A DNA stretch of 64,000 bases from Schmidtea polychroa. Taxonomy: Eukaryota. The notes below the pieces were generated by a model that ran no database searches, was not told where the DNA came from, and saw nothing but the letters and a program-made list of their open reading frames with translations. Both the position numbers and the translations under genes were made by a program. The stretch spans positions 40,052,001-40,116,000 of the forward strand of contig CM097886.1 of the NCBI GenBank assembly GCA_044892525.1, given 5' to 3'. This document shows, one piece after another, positions 42,655 to 56,042 of the stretch (position 1 is its first letter; each line of letters begins with the position of its first letter).

Positions 42655-43180
42655 TCAAACAATGTTGGAAAAACCCAAGATAAAGAAAATGAATAAAAAA
42701 TGAATGTAGTTACCATTGGAAATTTGTTTGTTCCACAAGTTCAGCTTGATTTTGAATGATTTGATGTGATCAAATATTTGAGTTATGATCAAATCTTTTC
42801 CTTGCAGTTTTGTATTCGGATCATTCAAGTGATCTGTAATATCATTTAGAAAATCAAGATTGCTGATGAAATTTGAGTCTGTGAGTTCTGGTACTTCTTT
42901 GTTTTTTATTTTCATGAATGAGTCTATCTTATTCCAAAAGATCAAAAAATCTTCTAAAAACCTTTCCACAACTGAAACACCTTAACTCAGTGTGATATAA
43001 AAGTTCACCATGTTGCTTTTCTTTGGTAAGAAGGAAAGAAGAAAATTGTCGGTGGAACTTTTGATCTAATAAAATTAACTATTTTTACCACAATTTCCAT
43101 TACTTCTTTCATTTTAATATTTTTTTCCACAGAGAGCTTCTTGATGCAAAATGCATTGAATGCTAGTAGAGGGAAGTGTG
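42655..43180 (-). mobile_element. hAT/Buster transposase internal remnant
   Basis: MKEVMEIVVKIVNFIRSK and LDFLNDITDHLNDPNTKLQGKD...KSFKIKLNLW are homologous to the transposase at 21098-22954. Confidence 0.8.
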
Positions 43181-43330
43181 CTCCATGACTCATCATACCC
43201 CCCTCCGATAACTCTTTTTTTTCGATTTTTTTTTGATTTTTTTTTCGATTTTTTTTTTTCGATTTTTTTTTTCGATTTTTTTTTCTGATTTTTCCCCCAT
43301 GACTCATCCATAGTTTTGGTTACTTAGGGG

Positions 43331-44959
43331 TGTGTCATTTTAAATTTTTAAATGCATTAGGGGTAATCATATATATTCACTCGACACTTTCCTAAGCACC
43401 TCCATGACTATTGTACTTTAACCATTTGTATACCCATGGCGACGACCATGTTGGTACTGTACACAAAGGCGAAAAAAACAATGAGCAGGTGAGCTCTATT
43501 GCTAAAACTACTTCCCATTGTATTTTCTCTTCGGGTCCTAGACGGCCGATAGAAGGTCTTACGTCATTGATCATTTTCTATTTCTACTTTTCTATCTCAT
43601 TCGGTTATGGTCCTCATTTCCAGATGTTTTCTATTGTTTCGTTTCAAAATTTTGTGCAGGGATGTGCCCTTATTTTTCTATTAATAAATGTGGCTAGGTA
43701 TGTTCCTTGATATTTATGAATATTTAACCTATCTCAAAAAAAATTTGAGCAGGGATCGGCCCTTATTTTCCAGCTAATAGTTATTGTTCTACACTTCCTA
43801 CAACATCTAAATTATCCTTTGAAAAATTTGAGCAGGGATTGGCCCTTATTTCCAAGTTAATCCGCGCTTCCCATAATATTTAAATTGTACTTCAAAAAAT
43901 TTGAGCAGGGATCTGCCTGTATTCTCAGTCCTAACCTATGTTTGACCAAAGTACTTCCAGCGATAGGACCCGTGAGGAAGCCCCCACATTTCGGCCCAAT
44001 CCAGCTGCGTGATTGAAGAACCTCATGTCCACCGGCTGAGCTCCCGAAGGCACCTCATACCATGACATGAAGTTCCTCAACTCCACGTTACTATCGTTCA
44101 CAATCAACAAATAATATAATTGAACTCAATAAAAACTATTATTTAAAACTTGAAACTAAATGAAATTAAACAATTAAAAAGGACAATAAAAGGAAATTTA
44201 ACTGAGACATTAATTGCATATAAAATTTATTAATTAAGACACTTCGTAAAAATTACAAGAATAATAACAAATAAATTACCACATCCACATCGAAAACTGA
44301 GAGCTTTACTGTCTGCAAATTACATTGTGGTGCTGAAAAAAAAGGTTTTTCAAATGAATTTGTGATCAGTATTTATACTGATTTTGAATGCGCATTCATG
44401 CATTTGCTGCCACTCTATCCAATCAGAGTGCGAGAAATTTTGAATTAGTTTTGCATACATGCATGAGTGTGTGCAATTGTTTATTTGTTTTTAATTTCAT
44501 TAATTTAATTAATTACTTATTTAATTTTTATTAATTTTAATTTTATAAATTTTATAATTTAAATAATTTGAGTTATATTAATTTTTATTAATTTAAACAT
44601 TTTTATTCTTTAAATTTAGTAAGTTACATAAACATTTAATTCTATAAACTTTACAATTTACATAATGCTAACTAATTTTATTATTTTGACGATTTAAACT
44701 TTATATTGTTTAAATAATTTTCAACAAATTCTATTTTATATTTTATTATTTTTTTTATCGAAGATTTTTAAGTGTTGAATTTTTCTGTTAAATTTATTTA
44801 TCTCTTTATTCTATTATATGGGGTTTATCGATTCTTAATGTGTGATGTAATTTATTTTAAATTAAACCTTGGTCACAAATTTTTCCAACTTTGCGGTTTT
44901 TGTGTTAGGTATTTTCGATCGTTTAAGACAAACTCTCAGTTCTCGCTTTCAGCCCAACA
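43331..44959 (-). mobile_element. Probable solo LTR (about 1.6 kb), same broad family as the 51689 LTR
   Basis: On the minus strand it begins TGTTGGGCTGAAA at 44959 and has a CCAAT box (44419) and TATAAATA (44378-44371). Its distal end shares GGACCC.A.GAG, CAGTACCAAC and GAGTGAA blocks with 57300-57490. Left boundary is approximate and no TSD was found. Confidence 0.55.
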
Positions 44960-46112
44960 ATAGCAACCATGTCAAGGTCATATGACTCGTCCATAGCAAC
45001 GGCTGTAACTAGGTCAAGGTCATTCTATTTTAAGTAACAAGGTCGTATGACTCATCATTTTTGGAACAAAGCCAATGACTCATTATTAAAGGACATATGA
45101 CTCATCACATTTTAAACAAAGACATGTAAACAAATATTTAAATAAATACATTTAAACAAATATTTAAATAAATACATTTAAACAAATATTTAAATAAATA
45201 CATTTACAACAAAGACATTTAAACAAAGACATATAGACAAAGACTCATCGATGACTTTTTTGAACAAAGACCAATCATTTATTTTTAAGACAAAGACTAT
45301 CACACACGATTAGAACGATGACTCAGGACTCCACTAGAACAAAGTTGTTATTATCAAAATTATTATTATTATTATTTATTATTATCAATATTATTATTAT
45401 CATTATTTATTATTATTATTATTATTATTATCATTATTAATATTACCTATTATTATATATTATTATTAATATTACTTATTATTATATATTATTATTAATA
45501 TTACTTATTATTATCAATAGTATTATTATTTTCAATGTAATATTATTATTTTATTATAATTATTATTACTATTATTATTATCAAATTAATATTATTTCAA
45601 AATATTATTTCAAAGTAATTACAAAGTAATAAAAAACATTACCATTTCTGATATAATTTTCTCCATAAAAACATATTCTTCATAAAAAATTCATAATAAA
45701 ATTTCATAAAAAATTCATAAATTGATTTCATAATTTCTAAAAAACATTATAATTAAAAACATAATAATTAAAATTTACTTTTTCATCCACGAGCATTTTG
45801 AAAAAAGCATAGAGTATATGTAACGTCTATCCAATCAGAATAACGATAGGATAGAGAAATATACGCACACATACTCTATGCTTTGTTCTAAAATGATGAG
45901 TCATCAATGACTCACATAGTAACAAATAATGTCTTTGTTACTCATTGTCTTTGTTTAATTTACACGTGACATGAGTTCAACATGTCTTTATAATAATAAT
46001 ATTTTTGTGAATAATAATAAAATTAATAATAAAATTAATTAATTAATAATAATTATAATAAAATAATAATAAAAAATAGTATTACTTTGAAAAATAATAA
46101 TATTACTTTGAA

Positions 46113-46176
<64 letters not shown>

Positions 46177-46229
46177 AATAATTTAAATGCAAATCAATAT
46201 TATAAACTGGTGGGTTACTTAAAAAATCT

Positions 46230-47190
46230 TTTCAAACCTTATCATTCGAAAGGTATTTCAGAGGTATATCTAATGGTCATATCTTCGAATGGTATAACCT
46301 TCAAAGGGTCAAAAACCTTCGAATTTTTTCAAACTTTATAATATATATCATTCGAAAGGTATTTAAGAGGTCTATCTAATGGTCATATCTTCGAAGGTGT
46401 ATGGTTGGTCAATAACCTTTAAAGGGTCAAAAACCTTCAATTTTTTTAAAATCTCATAATATATATATATCAAACAAAAGGAAATTCAAAGATGAGTATG
46501 ATGGTCCAAGTTTAAAGGTCAAAGGGTCCAAGGTTCAAATTTTTCAAACCTTATAATATACATATCAAACAAAAGGTACTACAAAGGTAGTCATCGCTGA
46601 CTTTTAATAACAAAGACAATGACTCATCACTTTTTAAAACAAAGACAATGACTCATCACTTTTTAAAACAAAGACATCTGTTTTCAGAATGACGCACCCA
46701 TGGGATTTATTATTATTAATATCAAAATTATTATTATTATCAATATTATTTNNNNNNNNNNNNNNNNNNNNNNNNNNNNNNNNNNNNNNNNNNNNNNNNN
46801 NNNNNNNNNNNNNNNNNNNNNNNNNNNNNNNNNNNNNNNNNNNNNNNNNNNNNNNNNNNNNNNNNNNNNNNNNNNNNNNNNNNNNNNNNNNNNNNNNNNN
46901 NNNNNTGTCTTTGTTAATTATGCAAGTGTATTGCAAATTTATTAGTCATACCTTAATATTAATTTTACACACATACTCAATCCATTATTATTATTGCAAG
47001 TATTAGAGAAAAACCTAAAATATTTACACAGACACAAGTCTATTCGAAAGTATACATGCTAGTATTACACACCTTAAGGGTAGAAAAATATTTCTGAGTG
47101 TTTGTGTGTGCAATAGCCAAAAATAATAAATTTTATTAAATGCATGTAAATTTTTTTAAAAAATCTATGTGTGTGTTATTGGTAGAGTGT
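46230..47190 (+). repeat. Left arm of long inverted repeat (contains N gap 46752-46905)
   Basis: ATGACGCACCCATGGGATTT at 46689 is the reverse complement of AAATCCCATGGGTGCGTCAT at about 51380. The ORF track shows the same peptide on opposite strands. Confidence 0.85.
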
Positions 47191-48275
47191 GAGTGTGTAA
47201 AATATGAAATTTTATCAAATACATGTATAAATTTAGGTAAATTTTATGAAAAATCTGTTTTTTTTTGTGTGTGTGTGTTACGGTTATAGTATGTGTGCGC
47301 GTAAATATATGAAATTTTATCAAATACATGTAAATTTAGTTAAATTTTATGAAAAATCTATGTGTGTGTGTGTTACGGGTATTGTATGCGTGTGTAAAAA
47401 TATGAAATTTTATCAAAACATGTAAATTTAGTTAAATTTTATGAAAAATCTATGTTTTCTATGTGTGTGTGTTATGGGTAGAGTATGTGTGTGTAAAATT
47501 ATGAAATTTTATCAAATACATGTAAATTTCTTTAAAAAATCTATATATGTGTTTGTCCTATGGGGTAGAGAATTATTGTATATGTGTGTAAAAATTATAT
47601 CAAATTTCTTTCAAATTTATGAAAAATCTATATATGTGTGTGTTATGGGGTAGAGTATGTGTGTGTAAAAAACTTTTATCCAATACATGTAGATTTCTTT
47701 AAAAAATCTATGTGTGTGTGCTATAGTGTAAAAATATTAAATTTTATTAAATGCATGTAAATTTCTTTCAAAAATCTATGTTTTCTGTGTGTGCTATGGT
47801 TAGAGAATTATTATGGGTGTATGTGTGTACAAATAATAAATTTTATAAAAATCATGTAAATTTCTTTAAAAATCTATGTTTTCTGTGTGTGTGTGTGGTA
47901 TGGGTAATTATTATGGGTGTGTAAAATATGTAATTTTATCAAATACATGTAAATTTCTTTAAAAAATCTATGTGTGTGCTATGGTTAGAGAATTATTATA
48001 TGTGTATTTGTGTACAAATAATAAATTTTATAAAAATCATGTAAATTTCTGTAAAAAATCTATGTTTTCTGTGTGTGTGTGTGTGCTATAGGGTAGAGTA
48101 TGTGTGTGTAAAAAACTTTTATCAAATACATGTAAATTTCTTTCAAAAATCTATGTTTTCTGTGTGTGTATGTGTGTGTGCTATGGGGTAGAGAATTATT
48201 GTGTGTGTATGTGTGTAAAAATATGAAATTTTATCAAATTTCTTTAAAATTTATGAAAAATCTATGTTTTTGTGT
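47190..48275. repeat. Degenerate minisatellite, about 70-120 bp units
   Basis: Repeated gtgtgtgtaaaaatatgaaattttatcaaatacatgtaaatttctttaaaaaatctatg, about a dozen variable copies, with no unique spacers. Confidence 0.9.
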
Positions 48276-48422
48276 GAATTGTACATGTATTGCAAATGCT
48301 TATATTAACACGGGTATATATGCTTAATATGTGATTATACTTTGAGTTTATCCGACAAGATATTTTGTCCCCCTATGGGTAATGTTCACACTCAACATGT
48401 TGCAAGTGTACTGCTCACAAGG

Positions 48423-48505
<83 letters not shown>

Positions 48506-48832
48506 TTATTTTCAAAGTATTATTATAAATATTATTATTATATAAACTATTAGTTTATCCGACAACATATTTAGTCCCCGGATGGATAATGCTCATATAC
48601 AACATGTCTCAAAGGGCATATTATTAAATTCTGACTAATCAATGAAGGAGTAGAACAAAAATATATTACGTTGTGGTATGTTAAAATCTTATTTTCAAAA
48701 CATATTTTGACGCCATTTTCATTAGATGCAAGAACATTTTCATAATTATTTTCATAATTTTTGCATCGATTTCATGATTTTCAACATTTTCATCATTTGC
48801 ATGAATATATTATTTTCAAAGTTATTTTCAAT

Positions 48833-48879
<47 letters not shown>

Positions 48880-48974
48880 TCGATGAGTTTTATGTAGGGT
48901 ATCCGAATGTTGTAATAAGCAATATTTTCATTGTTTTTCATGATTATTTTCTTCAAAATTCTTATTTTATAAAG

Positions 48975-49060
48975 TATGACTCGTTCAAGGTCATATGACT
49001 CATCAAGGTCACGTGACTCATCGATTACATTTTGAGAATTCTAATTTGATTGGCTATATC
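48975..49060 (+). promoter_or_regulatory. Compact motif cluster upstream of the RING ORF
   Basis: TCAAGGTCA at 48985 and 49003, TGACTCA at 48996 and 49014, CACGTG at 49010, and reverse CCAAT (ATTGG) at about 49050. Confidence 0.55.
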
Positions 49061-49103
49061 TATTGTGATAAATGTAAAAACAAAAGTAATTTAGTTATTA
49101 CTG

Positions 49104-49755
49104 ATGATTTCTACAAGTAAAACTGTTGAATATGATTGTGTAAATCACAAAATGTATTTGGTAACTTTATTATTTTATCAATTTTTTATATATTTGTGAT
49201 TTATCTCAAGGAACTCGAAATAATGAAAAATTAAGTCCATCCTATTCTGAAGATAATCGCTCATTGAAATTTTTTAACAACACAGTTGAAGATTTTATAA
49301 ATAATCATGATGCTTACACTGATAAGAAAATCATAAATGTTTTAAAAATTTTCAAACATTCCTCTATTGAATATTTGATTGATTTATTTAATTATGATAA
49401 ATGTATTTTGAAGTTATCTAGTTATTTAATGTATTTTGAAAAAACTGTGGTAAACAACGATACACTGAATGAATACTTTTGGAGTTGCATGTATTTAAGA
49501 TTGAAACCGGGATATAGTAGATTGATTTATGAATGGATGGCGAAAGTCGATTTGATTGAAAATAAACTAACGGAAAAACTGAACGATGTTAAGAAAATGT
49601 ATTTAACTTGTTCAATTTGTAAAGAAAATCAAGTTTCGGTTTTGTTTTTACCGTGTGGTCATGTAATTGTTTGTTCTAAGTGTCACGAGAAGAATGTTCG
49701 CAATTGTCAAGCCTGTTCAACTTTGATTAATGAATATCATACTATATATATGTAA
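49104..49755 (+). CDS. BIR-less IAP/MDM2-type C3HC4 RING protein (putative E3 ligase)
   Basis: C-terminal CSICKENQVSVLFLPCGHVIVCSKCHEKNVRNCQACSTLINEYHTIYM. Frame is open from 49165 without an ATG. A plausible model is exon 49104-49116 (ATG ATT TCT ACA A), a GT-AG intron 49117-49210, then 49211-49755. The start is inferred. Confidence 0.8.
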
Positions 49756-50816
49756 TTTCTCAATACAAATTTCTAGTGTCTTTTTTAATCATGCACATTT
49801 ATTGCTCTTTTGTATATTTTTTAGTTAATTTATAAATATTATCTGACATTTTGATGTGTCAATGCAAATATATATATACAACAAATTAATCAATAAAGAT
49901 TGTAAGTTCTTTTATATACTCAGAGTTTATCCGACAAGATATTTTGTCCCCCTATGGGTATTTGTCGTAAAGGTACTGGTCGCAAGGGTAATTAGGGCAC
50001 ATGTATAGATATAAATTCTTAGGTAATTTAGTGAGAAATATTTGGGTAATATTTTAAATGTAACTTTATTCTTATTTCGAACGATTAATTTATTGATTAA
50101 CTTTGTCATTTAAAAGGTAATTTAGTAAAATATTTTCATAGGTAATTTATTCATCTAATGTTCATTACAATAGTTAACTTCGTGAGAAATACATGGTCAT
50201 TAATAACAACATTGATTCTTTGGAGTAAAAATCTTTGTTCGAGTCATAATAGAAATATGATCATCTGGTTAACCAATTAAGGTGTTTATTAGTTAGAATT
50301 CTAATTTATTATCATTGAGTGTAATATATCTTTGTGAGAATAAGTTAAGATTTTTGAGCAACATTTACCAAAACATGAATATTTTGTGCGAAGAATATTG
50401 GTTAAATATGTCATTTAAAATAATAGTTTCAGACAATAATTTATAAATTCATTGGTTAATTTATATCTTTGTGAGAAATACATGATCATTTATTGACAAT
50501 TCATTAATAAATTTGGTATAAATTCTTTATCATTTGGAGTAATTTTTGTCAAATTTCTATTTTTTATTATTATAGAAACATGATCGTTTGGTTAATTTAC
50601 ATGGAGTAATATGATGAATTTCAAGTGAAATAAAGTTTTCAGTTAATTAATATATCAAATTAATTTAAAACTGAGGATACACTAATGAAAATTCTAAACA
50701 AATATTTGCATCCACACATATATTTGAACATCACATAATAAAAACTCATTAATTTAAAATACTGCAACGTAAAATACTGCGTAATAAATGATACTGAATC
50801 GCTCTATAATAATAAT

Positions 50817-50865
<49 letters not shown>

Positions 50866-50888
50866 TTACTTTGAAAAATAATAATATG

Positions 50889-51232
50889 ACACTCTACCAA
50901 ATAACACACACATAGAATTTAAAAAAAAATTTACATGTATTGGATAAAATTTATTATTTTTGGCTATTGCACACACAATCACTCAGAAATATTTTTCTAC
51001 CCTTAAGGTGTGTAATACTAGCATGTATACTTTCGAATAGACTTGTGTGTGTAAATATTTTAGGTTTTTCTCTAATACTTGCAATAATAATAATGGATTG
51101 AGTATGTATGTAAAATTAATATCAAAGTATGACTAATAAATTTGCAATACACTTGCATAATTAACAAAGACTTTGCAATAAACGTGAATGATTAACAAAG
51201 ACATGAATATAATATTAATAATAATAATATTG

Positions 51233-51268
<36 letters not shown>

Positions 51269-51688
51269 GTAATAATAATAATAATAATAATAATATTAAT
51301 AATAATAAAAATGATAATAATACTATTGATAATAATAAATAATATTGATAATAATAATAATTTTGATATTAATAATAATAAATCCCATGGGTGCGTCATT
51401 CTGAAAACAGATGTCTTTGTTTTAAAAAGTGATGAGTCATTGTCTTTGTTATAAAAAGTCAGCGATGACTACCTTTGTAGTACCTTTTGTTTGATATGTA
51501 TATTATAAAGTTCGAAAGTTTTTGACCCTTTGAAGGTTATTGACCCACCATATACCTTCGACCCTTGGACCATCATACTCATCTTTGTATTACTTTTTGT
51601 TTGATATGTATATTATAAAGTTCGAAAGTTTTTGACCCTTTGAAGGTTATTGACCCACCATATACCTTCGACCCTTGGACCATCATAC
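50889..51688 (-). repeat. Right arm of long inverted repeat, cut at 51688 by LTR insertion
   Basis: Mirror of the left arm. Ends in a tandem subrepeat: the first copy reads ...GGACCATCATAC-TCATC, the second ...GGACCATCATAC-TGTTGGG. Confidence 0.85.
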
Positions 51689-52347
51689 TGTTGGGCTAGA
51701 ACTGATTTCTAGACCCAAAATACTAATTGTGACTGAAATGTGTAGGTACACAGCAAGTAAAAAAGCACCAAGTAGAGTTAAATATTAAAACCTACACCAA
51801 ATAAACAATATTAACTAAAGGAGAAAGCAACAAAAACATAAACAAAGAAATTAAATAAAATTATACAAAAGCAAGAAGTGATGCAAAAATCTAACTCAAA
51901 ATAACCAAATAACAACCGAGTTACAAAAAACAAACTCGAATAACTTAAAAGATAGTGAAAACAGTAAAAAAAAAAAATTCCAGAAAAACCCAGAACATTC
52001 CATAAAAATGGCAATAATCATCATAAAAGTTACCTTGAACAATAAAAGTTAGAAAAATAACTAAATTGGTAATAAAAATAAAAAATTCGTAAAAGAAATT
52101 CAGAAAAACGTCAATTAAATAAAAACGAAATTAAAAGTAATATGGAATGTTCTGGAACCGTTCCAAATCCATCATGGACGTAAAATTAATGAAAAATAAT
52201 TAAAAATTTAAACTTTAGAAATAAAAACAAAAATTATGGCACAAAAATTGCCATTAAAAATATCAAAATTGCGAAATAGAAAATTCTGGAATAAAAAGAA
52301 TTCGAGTTTGTTTTAATGCATCAATACATACACGTGTACAAAATAGG

Positions 52348-52441
52348 TATATATACCGACGCATTTTAGTCACAAGTTAATCTTTATGCCAAAAAATTTT
52401 TTTTGCTATTACCAGCACACTATTGAAATTTGAAAGTAAGG
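52348..52441 (+). promoter_or_regulatory. LTR TATA box and first splice donor
   Basis: TATATATACCGACGCATTT at 52348 and TGAAA|GTAAGG at 52436. Both are conserved in the diverged LTR copy at 34411 and 34501. Confidence 0.6.
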
Positions 52442-53846
52442 AATGTTTTTGTTATTTATGCATTGTATTTTATGTATTTATTAAACATTTTCTATATATG
52501 ATTTATTAAAGTATTTATTATGCGATAACCTTAATAGGACTCTATTAAATGAATCCCCTTTGAAATTTTTTGTTAATTTTTTTTGAGGGATCAACATCGA
52601 TCGAACTTATCATCGATTTTGATCCGTCTCACATACTAAATGGGTATCAATATTTACAACGTCATTGTGCACGCAGCCTTGACGTAAGCAGGCCACTGCC
52701 TGGCATGCACCTCAATATTATAGTGGTGGGATCGTCGGAGGTCGTACCGACTCAGTGGTATACGCCGCTGGGTTCGTCGATGAATCACCTCCGGACGGTG
52801 GAGTTCGCGGAACTCGTTATCGGTATTATAATACACGGTAGTATATTACCGCTTACATTCACAATAAGGGCTCGTCGTAGGGAGCACAGTGAGGCCCCGA
52901 AAGCAGGCAATATTTCTGTAAATTGACTTTTCACACGCATAATGTACATATAATCTATACATTAAAAATCAACAGCGATACACTACCCTAAGGATAATAA
53001 ATGGAGTAGAGCTCCGGACTCAAATTAACCACAATACACCAAATATGTAGTTGGCTAAACATTTTTCGAGTTAGATTTATGAATTACTACCGACCATAAG
53101 AGTATTGATTAGGAAAGTAAAAAATTCTGCCCTTAAATTAGTATCCCCGACTATCCACCTATTGATAAAAATATAAATCGTAATCTATAATTTGAAATAA
53201 ATTATAAAATTATGCTGAATTGATTTTTCATAAGATTGCACTTTCTAAAAGCTGATAATAGAGTATAAACCTATAATTTGATGTGAACTTATAAGTTATA
53301 TGAGTTATAAATTCGATATAGATTTTAAATTGTAAATCATAAATTGTAAATTATATATGAATTGTATAAATTACCAGTTATATACTTATGAATTATATAT
53401 AACAAAAAACCCTGCCATTAAATATATATATTATATAAATTGGAAATGATATACTTATGTATTATATAGTAAAGAACCCTACCATTGTATATATAAACGA
53501 TAAACTTACACTAACCGGTCTTTTAGAAAATATAAATTAATAAACATATGAAATTTTTTTTTTAAATTACGATCCTGTGTCGATCCCCAAAATTTAGTGC
53601 TAATTGTACTACTTATCTACATCAACTAATGGATATATTGAAATTATATACCTTATTTGCAAAACTTATGGATCTTCCCCGATTGCTACTAAGTATATTA
53701 CTATGTATATACTTCTTAATTATGATGCTCACCAATCGGTGCAATCATCCTACCTGTCATGTTTGAGAAACTTATTAACCATTAATGAATGCATTACTGT
53801 ATGTATTACTTGTAAAATACTATATTATTAATATATTACTAACATG

Positions 53847-54230
53847 TACTACTTATAAAATTACAAATCATAATAAAAATTTCGGATCGATACTACTCGA
53901 ATATGTTACTTATAAAAGTGCAAATTATAATTTATACTTCATATTGATATTATTATAATATACTACTTATAAAATTACGAAGCATAATAAAATTTTAGAT
54001 CAATACTACCCGAATATGTTACTTATAAAAGTGCAAATTATAATTTATGCTTTATATTAATATTATTATAATATACTACTTATAAAATTTCAAACCATAG
54101 TACAAATTTTGGGTCAATACTACTCGAATAGGTTACTTATAAGAGTACAAGTTATAATTTATACCTCATGCTACTTACAAACTTGCCGATCATAATTTAT
54201 GTCAATACTACTCGTATATATGACTGATGA
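53847..54230. repeat. About 114-bp tandem repeat (about 3.5 copies) inside the LTR
   Basis: tactacttataaaatt...caatactac.cgaata.gttacttataa starts at 53847, 53961 and 54074. Confidence 0.85.
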
Positions 54231-56042
54231 ACTTAAACTTATGATGTATACTTTATATTACTACTACTAATATATATTACTTACCCTCGGGAATTACTTG
54301 AATGTATTATCTATCAGTTATAGAACCTACTACTCATTAATAAGGATATTAATCATGTACACATTGTTTTTAAATTATATAGTTTATCTACGAAATCCAT
54401 CATCGTACATATAATTTTAACTTATGAATTGTAATGTTATAAATTACCCCTCCCTTATTATGATTTATATTCGATTAGTTAACATTACTTATGTCATAGA
54501 TACCCTCTAAATTAACCCTATAATGCCCCATACTTGAATGTTTGGATTAATCCTACTATAGCATAAAATTTATGAATATGCTACTCGTCTAAAAATTGTG
54601 TAACCCCTATAAGTTATTAATATACTATTTACACTCGTATTACATCATAAATATATTGTTTGCACATATACTACTTATAAATTGGAAAACCCCATAAATA
54701 GCAATTAAGAAATACTACCTGTAAATCAGGGATAATTGGATGCATAACCTACTCGATGCACATACTACTCCCTAGTAAATATATGGAAATCGTAAGAAAG
54801 AAATTTTACACCATAAAATTTATTAAAACTAAATAAAATTGTAATAAACGAACCTGGCTCAGTAATTGATAAATACACCAGAAAATTTATTGAAACTAAA
54901 TAACCCGATGTTATTTACATAATAGAGTCAGAATGCAAGGCCAATACTTTAATAAGTCGATCACTAATACCACAAAGACGCCACGATGATAATTATGCCA
55001 GACAGTTCTATTGCATACTCCAAAAGTCGCCGACTTTGAATTGTCTAACGTCTGGTTGTATGGTTCTTGCCCTGGCCGACTCATTGAATGTGATTCGCGA
55101 GAAGTTGTTGATAGCGGAACAACAGAAGAATTTGCCGACTAGATTTCTCGACACCCGAAAAGATGTGTCTACAGAGTGAACAACAGGACGTCAGTGAGCA
55201 AATTAGACATGAATATCGATTCACCATCGAAAAGCTGTTGACAGATTGTACTTCCCTTGAATTGCGAAACGTATATCTGCTTGTCTTGAGTCATGAATTG
55301 TTCCCACAACGTCGGGGCACGTTCAGTAGGTCCGAGCATGCTTCCAAAGATTTGAAGTTAAGATGATTTGCCAGGGGGGCGTTGCTGGTTTAGATCCATC
55401 GTGCTAGACTTGCCAGGAATGTAAAGCAGGGTGAATACTGGAATTGAAATAAAAATCACAGGCTATCAAACAATGAATAATAAAATCCATACCTAAGAAA
55501 TCGATCTCCACATTTGAAAATTCTTCATCACGATTGTGTAATTTAAAATGACTCCCTTCATCCCTCACCGACTTAAACAAGACTGCGTTGTCAAGGTCGG
55601 GAAAAATTTCGAAATTAATAATTAATTTTTGTGGTTATTTAAGATTACTTTTGGCAACGATAGAATTGGTGTAGTTAAATTGTCTAAACTTATAATTTTT
55701 TTTTGTTTCATATTTTTTTTTAAACTAAAGAATATTCTGAAAATGCTTTATTTGGTTTCAACGTCCTTTCCTCATTCAGCAAATTAGTAAATGTAATTCA
55801 AATGACGTTAACCCAACACAAATGGGATAAAAATTTTATCTTCTTAATATGGTTAATGATTTAAAAGTTATTTCCCTTTTATAGTGCATAGTTCTATTGT
55901 TCAATTGCAATTCCGTTAGGGTTTGCACTATAGGAAAATGACCCAGTAGGTTTAAGAGCTAAAGATTATTTAATGGACAAAAGGGCGTGGTTAAAAAGCC
56001 GATCACCGGAATTAGAAAGATAATTATCCATAACCATTTAGA

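Larger units (their letters stand above)
44960..51688. mobile_element. Modular foldback-like element with long inverted arms, minisatellite, (AAT)n tracts and a RING gene
   Basis: 46906-47190 is a near-identical inverted copy of 50889-51170, and 46560-46750 mirrors about 51330-51520. Built from recurring AACAAAGAC / ATGACTCAT modules. No transposase seen. Outer boundaries uncertain. Confidence 0.6.

Noticed and set aside
47190-48275. CRISPR-like array
   Set aside because: Units vary continuously, with no constant repeat and unique spacer alternation and no cas genes. Eukaryotic context; it is a minisatellite.
48342-51454. Poly-L/Y/I ORFs (48342, 48726, 51133, 51188; likewise 46087)
   Set aside because: Translations of (AAT)n or (AT)n microsatellites.
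54790-55370. Possible LINE APE endonuclease remnant (PDVIYIIES...RGTFSR)
   Set aside because: Only weak resemblance, lacking GDFN and SDH motifs, with several stops. An HMM search (Exo_endo_phos) would be needed.
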